A DNA stretch of 64,000 nt from Minisyncoccota bacterium (GCA_041389005.1 JAWKSR010000004.1:7959-71958); one strand, 5' to 3'. Positions 49,295 through 59,182 are shown, numbered from the stretch's first letter. Notes: a model not told the origin generated them from the sequence alone. A program made the numbers and translations.

Positions 49295-49406
49295 TGAGTT
49301 ACATATCTAAAGAAAAATAAACGCCACATTTGTGACGTTTATTTTTCTTTTAGGCCTACCTTGCTATGCTTGCAAACTGATTGATTCACGTTAGTATGTT
49401 TGCATT

Positions 49407-51191
49407 ATGAATCGTGGTGGGATTCTTACGCTTTTTGTTTTCATAGTATTCATTTCTCCAGTGAACGCTTGGGCGTATACTGTTGTGTACGAAACTACAT
49501 TTGATACTGACCCAGGCTGGGTAGTTGATCAGCCAGAATATTATCATTGGGTTGCTACTAGTAGTACTTATTCTGTCACTGCTTATAACCGCCCACCACA
49601 ACCGCGACGTTTCCCTGATCGGTACGCTACGATCGAACTAAGCGATTTCGATCCTAATCAAGCGTGGGAACTGAGCTGGGACATCCTACCAACCGAACAG
49701 GCTTATTATGGTGCGTACATGTTTGGTCTGTATTCACCCGATCATATTTTTAGTAACCGCACGAATTCGAGTAATGCCCTCTTGATTAGTAGCAGTACGG
49801 TGAATTTTTACTTTAGTACCAATCGATTTTCCAACAATGGTTACCGTTTGAATATTGTTGATGGGGATGGAGACAATCTGGGGCAGGGTGGAACTGGTGC
49901 AGAGTTTTTTGAACCAGATACGTGGTATCACTTGACCATGCATTACGCCACCGACACACCGTCAATCTCTATTGTTATGCAGGAGCGGGATTCAGGCGAT
50001 GTGGTGTACTCGTTTAGCAAAATTTTGCCGGCTGATACTCTTTTTTCTCCAACTATGCAGCACTTGGGAGTGAGTCTCTACCCATCTGGCACCAATGGTT
50101 CCATATTTACCGGACGGGGTATTGATTCGTATTCGAAATACCACATAGACAACGTCACCCTTACCCAGTTAGGCAATACAACCGAACCGGAGTCAGAGCC
50201 CGAACCGCTGTCTGATTTATTGTTGCAGTACGAGCCAGTTTTGTATTTTCATGAGGATGAAGACTACTTCCCGATGAATGTGGAAGCATTTGTTGAAGGG
50301 AGTGGTCTCTGGGATAGTCGGGGTGTGCTCCCCGATGTCGAGCTCATCTCAAGAGGTGAAGGAAACGCTCTCATACTTGATACTCTTGCTACCACCACCG
50401 ATACAAGCGATTGGTACCTGGCATTTAGTAGTGATGAAGCTGGTGAGTATGATGTAGATGCTGCAAAAGCTCGCTACCAAGCATTACGAGCCAGTGGGAA
50501 AGCCACCAGTACCTACTACGCCATTGAGACCAGAGACTCATACATAGACTCACTGGGTGAGACCCATGAGTTTATTGTCTTGCAATACTGGTACTTCTAC
50601 GCCATGAATAATTGGCGAGAGAAAGGGGGTTTCAATAATCATGAGGGCGACTGGGAATCGGTCTTCGTATTCTTGGATGTTGAAACCGAAGAACCACTGT
50701 ATGTTGCTTTCTCAGCTCACCACAATGATGGTTCAGATACAGTAGTTAGTGAGTCCGTTCGAAGAAAATGGAATAATGAAGATTTGAATTATAAAAAAAC
50801 CAACGTTGAAACTTACGTATCCTTAGGTTCTCATGCTGTTTATAACCAAATGGGTGTGCATCCTACGCTTACAAGCGATGATCAAGCACTTGGCAATGGG
50901 CAGTTTTTCTCTTCTACAACATGGAGAAAAAGATATGTCCTTTCAACTTCCAGTGTGGGCTGGTCCAACTTATTTGAAGGGAAATTTGGTACCGATAGAT
51001 CCTTCGATTTATTAAATGGAGAAAGTGGACCCCAAGGACCCTATTACTCAAATATTAGTGGCATTAGGCGTTTTCATGAACCAGTAAAATGGGCAGGTAT
51101 TGATCAGATACTCGACTACGAAATAGAGACACCGACCAGCCTACTTTCATTCCCCAAGCCAAAGTCACCATGCGTTTTGCTGAGGCTTTAG
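49407..51191 (+). CDS. secreted protein: N-terminal beta-sandwich region plus a Vps62/DUF946-like domain
   Basis: Signal peptide. YEPVLYFHEDEDYFPMNVEAF and LQYWYFYAMNNW..NNHEGDWESVFVFLD resemble the Vps62 (DUF946) family signatures. Confidence 0.6.
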   Translation: MNRGGILTLFVFIVFISPVNAWAYTVVYETTFDTDPGWVVDQPEYYHWVATSSTYSVTAYNRPPQPRRFPDRYATIELSDFDPNQAWELSWDILPTEQAYYGAYMFGLYSPDHIFSNRTNSSNALLISSSTVNFYFSTNRFSNNGYRLNIVDGDGDNLGQGGTGAEFFEPDTWYHLTMHYATDTPSISIVMQERDSGDVVYSFSKILPADTLFSPTMQHLGVSLYPSGTNGSIFTGRGIDSYSKYHIDNVTLTQLGNTTEPESEPEPLSDLLLQYEPVLYFHEDEDYFPMNVEAFVEGSGLWDSRGVLPDVELISRGEGNALILDTLATTTDTSDWYLAFSSDEAGEYDVDAAKARYQALRASGKATSTYYAIETRDSYIDSLGETHEFIVLQYWYFYAMNNWREKGGFNNHEGDWESVFVFLDVETEEPLYVAFSAHHNDGSDTVVSESVRRKWNNEDLNYKKTNVETYVSLGSHAVYNQMGVHPTLTSDDQALGNGQFFSSTTWRKRYVLSTSSVGWSNLFEGKFGTDRSFDLLNGESGPQGPYYSNISGIRRFHEPVKWAGIDQILDYEIETPTSLLSFPKPKSPCVLLRL

Positions 51192-52000
51192 AAGCCGGGG
51201 ACATTGTGACCGTAAATCCACACGAGGAATTCATCTCCTTTGGACTCAATCTTGATGAGGTGGATCTCTTACCACATTTTTATGACTTCACTACCAATCT
51301 GCCAAATGGAGATTTCACGGTAGATGTAACCCTAACCTACACCGATGAAGAATTAGCAGAGCTTGGTCTTTTTGAGTCGGAGCTCACCATTTGGCACTAC
51401 AACGAACTCACTGATGAGTGGGAGCTGGTAGACAGTATTGTTGATACTGACGCGAACACCATTTCGTTCACCACCAGTCATTTCTCAATTTATGCCATCG
51501 GTACCAATCCAATAGAGCCAGAGATTGTTGATCTTGAAACTAAGTATCGGTGGGGTAAATACAATAGTGAGGAAGAGATACGCACTGCCGCAGTATCGTT
51601 TGCTAACAACAGTGGTGAGATTCTTACGGAGCCAGTGACGCTGTTTGTCTCTGACATTAATCCGACGGATGCCACCCTCTCTGAGTATGACGAACGTGAT
51701 TCGTTTGGCTATTACATCACGATAAAACCAGAAGAATACGGACACTGCTTCTTTGACGTTGCAAAAAATCAGTTGCCGATAGGCATGCGGATGTCAGACC
51801 GCAGGCGTATTTTAGAACATCGTCCATATAGTTGTGAGCGTATGCTGGAGAAATATCCTGCGCTTAAAATATACGAAGTCTATGGACTAGGATTAGGAAA
51901 GTACTCAAATCCAACCCCTTTAATTTTCGGTGCTCCGAAAGAAAGCAGGCGTTTCAGATTCGAAGCAAACTTAATTCAGCCCGAAGAGAACTTTGAATAA
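51170..52000 (+). CDS. hypothetical protein, possibly the C-terminal continuation of 49407..51191 after a frame change
   Basis: Overlaps the previous ORF by 22 nt in another frame. No separate RBS is evident. No family recognised. Confidence 0.45.
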   Translation: MRFAEALEAGDIVTVNPHEEFISFGLNLDEVDLLPHFYDFTTNLPNGDFTVDVTLTYTDEELAELGLFESELTIWHYNELTDEWELVDSIVDTDANTISFTTSHFSIYAIGTNPIEPEIVDLETKYRWGKYNSEEEIRTAAVSFANNSGEILTEPVTLFVSDINPTDATLSEYDERDSFGYYITIKPEEYGHCFFDVAKNQLPIGMRMSDRRRILEHRPYSCERMLEKYPALKIYEVYGLGLGKYSNPTPLIFGAPKESRRFRFEANLIQPEENFE

Positions 52001-52324
52001 AACAGCCAAGCCACTTAGATATAAAATAAAAAATAATACTGGGAAAATAAAATTCACTCTCTGTGCTGTGAATGTTTTAAAAATTAAGAATCCTACCAGT
52101 ACGAGATAAAGAATTGAGAAAATAGTTTTTCCAAAGCTGCCAAATAACTTTAATCCCACAGCAGAAAAAAGACCTGACCCATAAGCCAAAGCGAATGAAT
52201 TTATTGTGTCCGGCGCCCGAACAAAAGTTGTCATATACAGCAATGTGCTAAGAAAAAAACATAGCCCAACAAAAATTCCCCAAAACCAACGGGTGCGATA
52301 AAAGGGGAGAGAAGAGTTGTTCAT
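51971..52324 (-). CDS. small polytopic membrane protein
   Basis: ORF 51971..52417 trimmed to MNNSSLPFYRTRWFWGIFVGL. Three or four hydrophobic segments. Confidence 0.5.
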   Translation of the reverse strand: MNNSSLPFYRTRWFWGIFVGLCFFLSTLLYMTTFVRAPDTINSFALAYGSGLFSAVGLKLFGSFGKTIFSILYLVLVGFLIFKTFTAQRVNFIFPVLFFILYLSGLAVLFKVLFGLN

Positions 52325-52627
52325 ACAGAAGATTGTAGCATAGTGCATGCGTAAGGTCGGTAAAATAAATAAAGAGCCGCGTTTTACGCGACCCTGATAT
52401 TCTTTTCCGGCAAACATTTAAGGCGTTCTGCCGGCACCCCATTCTCGATCGTTTTCGGAACGACCAGGGTATTCGTCAGGTGACTTTTTGCGAAGGACCT
52501 TTCCCAAAAGACCAAACGGTAGGAGCAAAAAATTAACCCAGCTTTTCACGTTTTCCTCCTTTCTCGAACTCCAGTTGTTTGTTCGATTAATTCATCTTAC
52601 TCCCACTTCGCATCGTTTGGCAAATCC

Positions 52628-53137
52628 TTACAACTTTCGACTATCGTATGCCCATTGGAGGTGGGCTTGGCGCGGGCGGGGGCGACAGGTGTAGTCGCGC
52701 GGTCGGCAGTTGTGGGCGACTTGGGCGAGGTGGCGCGCGAAAGCGCGCCACCGTTTTATCTGTCGTTCATCTTCACCATCAGAAAGGCGTCGTCCCATGT
52801 AGTACCGACAATACCACTGAAACCAACCGCGGGGGTCGTCTTTATATATCCAACCTTTCCGCTGCCACTCAGAGAGCGGCTGACTAGCGTGAATACCAAA
52901 AAAGTTTAGTTCTGGGTCTGAAGCATCTTTCGCTAGTTTGGCTTTCGCGAACCAGCTTTTCGGAAATTCTTTCGTGCAGTCACGCATATAAACACCATCA
53001 AATACACCAAGCGCCAGCATTTCCGGTGGGGTTAGTTGCGGTTTGAACTCGGGATGAAAATTTTCTCCCATCGGTTGAGTGCGTTCATAACGATACCCGC
53101 GCTGCATTGTGTCATTAACTGTCACTGTCCTACTCAT
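52628..53137 (-). CDS. conserved hypothetical protein (GWFQWYCRYYMGRR motif), family not confidently recognised
   Basis: 169-aa intact ORF, GC-rich especially in its 3' third. Its start overlaps the stop of the upstream gene (ATGA). Confidence 0.55.
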   Translation of the reverse strand: MSRTVTVNDTMQRGYRYERTQPMGENFHPEFKPQLTPPEMLALGVFDGVYMRDCTKEFPKSWFAKAKLAKDASDPELNFFGIHASQPLSEWQRKGWIYKDDPRGWFQWYCRYYMGRRLSDGEDERQIKRWRAFARHLAQVAHNCRPRDYTCRPRPRQAHLQWAYDSRKL

Positions 53138-53529
53138 ACAACAAGATTGGTCTCGAGAAAGGCACCACCGGGACTAATATCAAATACTTTGGTTGGCGTT
53201 AGTACGATAAGACCTTTTACTACACGCTCTGGGTTTTGTTCTTTTACCCACGCTACCGCATCAACAAAGTCGTCGCCTGAGGTGTGGTAGGTTGCAGTAG
53301 CTTTAATCTGAATACCTTGCATGCCGGTCCAGGCAGTGAGGGCGACTAGTTCATTTTTGTGTAGGTTAGTAGTGGTTTTGTCCATGAAAAAATCAAACAG
53401 CCAGATTGTATTGTCATTTACTCGTACCATTGAAACTGGTACTACATTTACACCATCAGAACCGCAGGTTGCGACCGCTTTCGCGACAGCTGTCTCAATA
53501 ATATTTTTTACAGTAGCAGAAATTGCCAT
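53134..53529 (-). CDS. pyridoxamine 5'-phosphate oxidase-like FMN-binding split-barrel protein
   Basis: 131 aa. Pattern ..VATCGSDGVNVVPVSMVRV.DNTIWLFDFFM.KT..NL typical of PNPOx-related proteins. Confidence 0.6.
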   Translation of the reverse strand: MAISATVKNIIETAVAKAVATCGSDGVNVVPVSMVRVNDNTIWLFDFFMDKTTTNLHKNELVALTAWTGMQGIQIKATATYHTSGDDFVDAVAWVKEQNPERVVKGLIVLTPTKVFDISPGGAFLETNLVV

Positions 53530-53696
53530 ACCAGGTCTGTTTATTACACATAGTATACCCCTTACCCAGCGTAGTGTCGGAATATGGTATCAGTTGGCGT
53601 GATACGTGAGGATGTGCCTTAGTATTGCATCTATAGGTAATTGGTGATAGACATGATGCAGTTTGTGTTTATAAAACTAGCTAATATTTCCACTAT

Positions 53697-55928
53697 ATGA
53701 TGATTCAGCGCGCTTTTAAGGCTCGTGCCATTATTTTGGCACTAGTAATTTTTACTTATACAACATTCGGTTTGCCCCTACAGGCACATGCCATCTCAGA
53801 TTCAGTAGCTCATTGGTCTTTTGACGAGGCAGCTGGTTCTGTAGCAGCAGATAGTACCGGTAATGGCTTAACAGCTGCACTTAGCAGTTCATTGTGGGGA
53901 ACTGGGCAATTCTCTGGCGGCTTAGACTTTAGTGGCTCTGGCGGCGTTGCGTCAATCTCTAGCAATGACACTATAGACTTTGGTGCTAATGAAGATCTCT
54001 CTATCTCTTTTTGGTTTTGGGATAACACCAAGTCAAGCAAAGGCAGTAATGGTGCAGAAATTGTTGAAAAACAACAAAGCAATGCGTTTTATCAAGTTCG
54101 ATCACCGAACAAGTCCGGTGAACTGCGCTTCCAGATAGATGACGGTTCAAACCAGGACAGTTTTTACTCAACAACTGCTGACTTAGCAGATGGAGCGTGG
54201 CATCACGTTGTCTTTATTCGTGATTACGACAGTGGCATTTTCGCGTACGTGGATGGTGTAGCGGCTGGCTCAGATACCTCAGTGAGTGTTGGCAGTATTG
54301 CCAACAGTGCTGATCTGCAGTTCGGTGGTGGCAACGCCGGTTTGTTTGATGGCGGTCTAGATGAGGTGCGTATATACAACCGGGTTCTCAGTGAGGCTGA
54401 AGTAACCCAGCTTTTTGGTGGTGTAACTGACGAAACAGCACCAACAACTCCAACCAATCTTGCACTCACACAAACTGATCAGGCGGTAACTTTACACTGG
54501 AATGGAGCTAGCGACGCTGAAACTGGCATTAATGGCTATCGTATCTACAGAGCGTCATCTGCAGGTGGTGTGGCGGTACGTATTGGCGAAGTATCTGGCA
54601 GTCAGACTACGTATACCGATAGTGAGACAGCTCCTGGGGCGACTTACTGGTACCAAGTAGCGGCGGTTAATGGTGCAGACATTGAAGGAAGCGTGTCAAA
54701 CCAAGCTAGCGTGACTATCACTGACGGTCCACCAGAAGCCCCGCAGAATCTAGTTGCTTCTGCTGGTAATCAAAGTATTCAACTGAATTGGGCTGGTAAC
54801 GCGGAACTGGATTTGGCAGGCTACAGCGTCTATGTAGCCAGTACTGTCTCTGGACCGTATGCTTTTGTTGCCAACGTTACTCAGAATACTTTCACACACA
54901 CCAGTTTGATCAATGGACAGACGTATTATTATGTCGTCACAGCAGAAGACTTAGGAGGCAATGAATCAGGTCATTCTCTAGAAGTGAGTGCGACACCAAA
55001 TGATATTGATCCAAGTGTCGTTGGTTGGTGGAAATTTGATGAGAGTAATGGCGTGGTAGCACTTGATAGTTCTGAAAATAACAACCACGGGACTCTTATT
55101 AATAGCCCACAAAGAGTTTCTGGGGTGTCTGGCAATGGATTGCAATACAATGCCTCACAAGAACAGAGCGTTCACGTAGCTCATGACCCGTCACTCAACT
55201 TCGGTAGTTCAGAATTCTCCATTTCGCTCTGGGTTAAATACACAGATTCAGTTGATACTGACATCTTACGAAAGGGCAGTACCGATACTGCGAGTGATTG
55301 GTACAAAATAGAAGTCTATTCTTCATCGCAACGCATTGAGTTTAATGTGAACACAAGTCAACAGGCAAAAGTCACTGCCTCAGCACCGTTCTCTTCAAAT
55401 GATGGAGAGTGGCATCATGTTGCTGCGATACGTGATAACGATGCGGCTGCCATCATTCTCTACATTGACGGAGTAGAAGCAGATCGTAGTTCAATTAATC
55501 CAGCCGGTACCATTACCAACTCAGCTGACTTGGCAATTGGAAGTAAAGACACGCTCAATGATGATTTTCTCAACGGCACCCTTGATGAAGTCATTATCTT
55601 CAACCGCAAGCTATCACTGACTGAGATTCAAGCACTCGCGCAGACTCTCACAGAAGAACCACCAACTGAATTAAATCCACCAACCGGTATTACAGGAGTG
55701 GTTAGTGCAGTGACGCTAAACTGGTTGCCGTCAGTTCAGACTGTTGATCACTATATAATCAAACGAGATGGTGTAGAGATAGCTCAAGTTAGTGGTCTTA
55801 CCTATACAGATACAATTGTGCAGCCAGGCACCACCCACAGTTACACCATCACTGCCGTATCTGCGGCTGGAGTAGTCTCAGCACCAAGCGATCCGCTTAT
55901 CTTCGCAGTCCCAATGTTGGTAGAGTAA
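53697..55928 (+). CDS. large secreted protein with two LamG-like (concanavalin-type) domains and fibronectin type III repeats
   Basis: 743-aa intact ORF with a signal peptide. Two copies of the GxLDEVRIYNRVLS / GTLDEVIIFNRKLS signature after W.HV..(I/V)RD. FN3-like segments (..YRIYRA..Y.D....G.TYWYQV.AVN). Confidence 0.75.
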   Translation: MMIQRAFKARAIILALVIFTYTTFGLPLQAHAISDSVAHWSFDEAAGSVAADSTGNGLTAALSSSLWGTGQFSGGLDFSGSGGVASISSNDTIDFGANEDLSISFWFWDNTKSSKGSNGAEIVEKQQSNAFYQVRSPNKSGELRFQIDDGSNQDSFYSTTADLADGAWHHVVFIRDYDSGIFAYVDGVAAGSDTSVSVGSIANSADLQFGGGNAGLFDGGLDEVRIYNRVLSEAEVTQLFGGVTDETAPTTPTNLALTQTDQAVTLHWNGASDAETGINGYRIYRASSAGGVAVRIGEVSGSQTTYTDSETAPGATYWYQVAAVNGADIEGSVSNQASVTITDGPPEAPQNLVASAGNQSIQLNWAGNAELDLAGYSVYVASTVSGPYAFVANVTQNTFTHTSLINGQTYYYVVTAEDLGGNESGHSLEVSATPNDIDPSVVGWWKFDESNGVVALDSSENNNHGTLINSPQRVSGVSGNGLQYNASQEQSVHVAHDPSLNFGSSEFSISLWVKYTDSVDTDILRKGSTDTASDWYKIEVYSSSQRIEFNVNTSQQAKVTASAPFSSNDGEWHHVAAIRDNDAAAIILYIDGVEADRSSINPAGTITNSADLAIGSKDTLNDDFLNGTLDEVIIFNRKLSLTEIQALAQTLTEEPPTELNPPTGITGVVSAVTLNWLPSVQTVDHYIIKRDGVEIAQVSGLTYTDTIVQPGTTHSYTITAVSAAGVVSAPSDPLIFAVPMLVE

Positions 55929-55938
55929 GTGTGCTATA

Positions 55939-56394
55939 TTGCGGTATATGGCTATGAATCTAAAAAATGTACTCATTTTACTCGTTGTGTTAATAGTAAT
56001 TGTCGTGCTTGCACAGCAGTTTAGGAACAAATCGGCTGATACCAGTATGGTAGATGAGACATCGAGTCAGCAAGATGCAGGAGAGATCGGGTTGTTTGAT
56101 GCGTTTCAAGATCAGAGAAGTGAAATCAGCTTCGCGCATGTGGTACCGGTGGAATATAGCGAAGTCTACTTCTTGGTTCGTGGCGGAACACCAGGAGAAA
56201 CCAAATTAGTAACCTTAGAGGGTCCAGGAATTATAAGTGACAAAGATCAAATTGCTACATTCGATGCTCAAGGCGAAGCTCGGTACACCTGGCGCATCAA
56301 TCGGTATGGCACCTACAGTGTGTACGAAGATTTTTATGACGACACCACTCAGCAGGATGTACCGATGCTCATGAAGTCAGTGGAAGTAAATTAG
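55939..56394 (+). CDS. small membrane-anchored hypothetical protein
   Basis: 151-aa ORF with an N-terminal TM segment (VLILLVVLIVIVVLA). Confidence 0.5.
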   Translation: MRYMAMNLKNVLILLVVLIVIVVLAQQFRNKSADTSMVDETSSQQDAGEIGLFDAFQDQRSEISFAHVVPVEYSEVYFLVRGGTPGETKLVTLEGPGIISDKDQIATFDAQGEARYTWRINRYGTYSVYEDFYDDTTQQDVPMLMKSVEVN

Positions 56395-56606
56395 TCGCTC
56401 AATTTTCTACCAGTACACCTCTTTATTTGCCAAGGGCAACTTACGTGTGTCTAAACATAAAATCTACAGAATTAGGTGATGTCGTAGAGGAAGTTAGAAC
56501 TGTGTTTGAGGAGTTGCGGGATGAAACTATCCATATCCCAGCACTTTCTTTTGTACATTGAAAAAGCCCCACATGAAGCAGGGCTTCTTCGTGGAGCGTG
56601 AATGGT

Positions 56607-57212
56607 TCAGGTGGTACGGACTCTGGTTGCACCAGTCCATTCATCACCTTCAGCCTTGGGATAGTTATACCATCCGCGGGCACACCAGTTGTCGACCTTG
56701 TGGGCGAAAGCGGCCAGCTCGTTCATCACGCGCCGTTTGCTAGTATAATCGTGAATCTCACCTTCGACGTAGGTGAAGCCGTTGAATTGGTTGTCGTCGA
56801 GAATGAGACCATACGCTGCCAGCTTGTCTTCACGAAACTGCTTGAACTCCGCCTTGGTGGCGAGTCCATCACGGTTGGAAGCCTGTCCTTGTTGGTTGAC
56901 CAGAATCCGCCACGGCTTTTCAAGGTCGTGCAGGAAGAAAACCAACAGTGCATCCGAAAGTGAGAACGGCAGTGGTCTTCCAAACGCTTTGTCGAAGTTG
57001 TAGAGGTGACGAGCATAGTTCATGCCGTCAGTTACGTGGTCGATGTAGCCACCGTCCCAAGTCTGGTGGTTGTGGGTTGAGCCACGTGCCTGCTCGAAGA
57101 GTGAGCGGTTATCAGTAAGGATAGTGTGACAGATTGACCGATTCGGCTCCTCAATCAAGTCGATAAGCTGTTCAATCGGCAGGTAGTCGAGAATCAGAGA
57201 AACGGTTCTCAT
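56607..57212 (-). CDS. HD-domain-like phosphohydrolase (tentative)
   Basis: 201-aa intact ORF. His (..STHNHQ..) and a downstream FFLHDLEKP, as in H...HD metal sites. G/C-ending codons enriched. Terminator aagccctgcttcatgtggggctttttc on its strand. Confidence 0.5.
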   Translation of the reverse strand: MRTVSLILDYLPIEQLIDLIEEPNRSICHTILTDNRSLFEQARGSTHNHQTWDGGYIDHVTDGMNYARHLYNFDKAFGRPLPFSLSDALLVFFLHDLEKPWRILVNQQGQASNRDGLATKAEFKQFREDKLAAYGLILDDNQFNGFTYVEGEIHDYTSKRRVMNELAAFAHKVDNWCARGWYNYPKAEGDEWTGATRVRTT

Positions 57213-57520
57213 AGCAAGGTCCTTTCAAAGAGCTGGTAGTAAATATGCAGTATATAAATAAAAAACACAACACCAGTTCGAACGTCTCGCTAGGGTATCT
57301 GAGAGAAGGCTACAAATAAGCTTCAAAACGCTGGGCAGCTACCGGGGTAATCTCTCGTTACACGAGCAGTATACCTTTTGGGTATTTTGTTTCGCTTCAC
57401 TCACAAAATTCCTCAAAAGCTTTTCGATTCGCGTTACGCTTTACATCCGCAAAGCTACGCCTGGTAGCCGCCCTTCCTAAACGCAAAACACTCCCGAGGG
57501 GAGTGTTTGCATTTACTCAG

Positions 57521-57593
57521 GGCGGCTACCGGGAATCGAACCCGGATTTTCGGTACCACAAACCGACGTAATAACCATTATACAATAGCCGCC
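57521..57593 (-). tRNA. tRNA-His (anticodon GTG) with encoded G-1
   Basis: Acceptor GCGGCTA/TAGCCGC with an extra 5' G opposite C73. Anticodon stem TCGGT/ACCGA, loop TTGTGGT, T arm CCGGG-TTCGATT-CCCGG. Confidence 0.9.
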
Positions 57594-57783
57594 ATAGTGG
57601 CTGTACGCCCGCAGGGCAGACAGCAACGTGACGCAAACTATACCGATTTTCGGGTTAAAAGTAAATGAAGTGATCCGTGGTATTATCTGGGTATTGTATG
57701 AATACTGTATCTAAGTAGTTGATGTTTGTGGTGGTACTACACCTCGGTGCTGGAATGGGTTTTTATCTAGCGCGCTTTATTTT

Positions 57784-58038
57784 CTAAATCACTTCAAGTG
57801 TGCCTACAGGTTCTTCCGACTGATTGCGGGCAGCTTCAGTTTCTTGTTGGCTGGCTTTTTTCTTTGCTTCCCAGCTTGTTTCAATAGTATTTGTGTGATC
57901 TGCAGTTTGTATGCGGGTGTGGGCACGGTACTCATCCTCGGTCCAGTCTCCTGGCTGGTGGGCATTCCACCACCACAGGCCAATACCACAAAGCACACAA
58001 AGACCAAAAGCTACAGTCAGCAAAAGACGATGCATCAT
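57784..58038 (-). CDS. small membrane-anchored protein
   Basis: 84-aa ORF. N-terminal TM segment (LLLTVAFGLCVLCGIGLWWW). Divergent from the yibE/F-like gene. Confidence 0.45.
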   Translation of the reverse strand: MMHRLLLTVAFGLCVLCGIGLWWWNAHQPGDWTEDEYRAHTRIQTADHTNTIETSWEAKKKASQQETEAARNQSEEPVGTLEVI

Positions 58039-58062
58039 TAATTCTAGTGTATACTCACGAGC

Positions 58063-59178
58063 ATGAAATGGCTAGTTGTATTGATGCTGACACTGGCAAG
58101 TACATTGCCCGCAGCTGCTCAAGAAGTACACCAAGAGGTGCAATCTATTGTCCGTGGGGAAGTGGTATCGGTAGATGCAACGCGTGAAGAGCGCATTATG
58201 GGCACGAGTGCTTCAACCACCGTGCAAACACTCACGGTACGTTTGTTGGGAGATGAGTATCACGATCGGGAAGTAACATTCGAAAATGATCTCATCCCGC
58301 TCGAGCCGGGTGATGATATCTATGTCACGCACATCACCACTATTAATGGTGATGAGTACTTCTACTTACAGGATGTCGTGCGGCATAACTACCTGGTAGT
58401 CCTTGGTGTGTTGTTAGTTGGTTTATTGTTGTGGTTTGCACGCTGGCAAGGTGCGCGGGCACTGCTAAGCCTGGCGCTTAGTGTTGCGGCGATTCTTGGC
58501 ATCCTCGTCCCAGCGATGCTGGCTGGGTACAATCCGGTCTCGGTGAGTCTTATTGTGGCGGGTATCATACTGGCGCTCGTGCTCTTTGGCACTCATGGCG
58601 TCAACGCCCAATCAACGATTGCCTTTGGCGGTACCTTTGGAGCGGTTTGTGTTACGAGTATTTTAGCCGGCGTGTTCGTGGAAGGGATGCGCCTGACCGG
58701 CTTTGGTGCGGATGCTTCAGTAGCACTTAATTTTGCCACTGAGGGACAACTTGATTTTGCTGGGCTACTCCTCGGTTCAATTATTATTGGTATGCTCGGA
58801 GTTTTGGATGATGTAGCAATTACGCAGTCGTCAGTGGTATTGCAACTTAAAGCGGCAAATCAAGCGCTCGGCAGTACCGAACTCTATCGCCGGGCAATTA
58901 TTGTAGGTCGTGATCATGTTAGTTCGCTCGTGAACACGTTGGCGTTTGCATACGTGGGTGCAGCGCTCCCGATGGTGTTGCTGTTCTCAGTGAGTGAAGC
59001 ATCTGTATTAGTGACCCTTAACCGCGAGATTATCGCGGCCGAATTGGTACGTATCTTGGTGGGAAGTATCGGTCTTATTATGGCGGTGCCATTGACTACC
59101 GCCTTGGCGGCGTGGTGGTTTGCAGGGCACACAGTTGACGAACAACCACTTTCATCGTGCGGACACCATCATCACTAG
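58063..59178 (+). CDS. YibE/F family membrane protein, C-terminus ..SSCGHHHH
   Basis: 371 aa. Signal peptide plus an N-terminal soluble domain, then multiple TM segments. GVLDDVAITQSS and RDHVSSLVNTL motifs of the YibE/F family. Confidence 0.75.
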   Translation: MKWLVVLMLTLASTLPAAAQEVHQEVQSIVRGEVVSVDATREERIMGTSASTTVQTLTVRLLGDEYHDREVTFENDLIPLEPGDDIYVTHITTINGDEYFYLQDVVRHNYLVVLGVLLVGLLLWFARWQGARALLSLALSVAAILGILVPAMLAGYNPVSVSLIVAGIILALVLFGTHGVNAQSTIAFGGTFGAVCVTSILAGVFVEGMRLTGFGADASVALNFATEGQLDFAGLLLGSIIIGMLGVLDDVAITQSSVVLQLKAANQALGSTELYRRAIIVGRDHVSSLVNTLAFAYVGAALPMVLLFSVSEASVLVTLNREIIAAELVRILVGSIGLIMAVPLTTALAAWWFAGHTVDEQPLSSCGHHHH

Positions 59179-59182
59179 GAGC
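59133..59182. repeat. 50-bp perfect direct repeat, left copy (covers the last 15 codons and the stop of the yibE/F-like gene)
   Basis: agttgacgaacaaccactttcatcgtgcggacaccatcatcactaggagc is identical to 60079-60128. Confidence 0.95.

Noticed and set aside
51160-51195. Programmed ribosomal frameshift joining ORF 49407..51191 to 51170..52000.
   Set aside because: There is no slippery heptamer or downstream structure. Given the many homopolymer-type indels elsewhere in this window, an assembly indel is the simpler explanation. Two overlapping genes cannot be excluded.
52440-52627. A small GTG-start ORF on the minus strand after RBS gaaaggagg (VKSWVNFLLLPFGLLGKVLRKK...).
   Set aside because: It runs into a hairpin and then into the promoter and coding region of the 51971..52324 gene in a different frame. 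It could not be delimited or matched to a family, so it is not reported as a feature.
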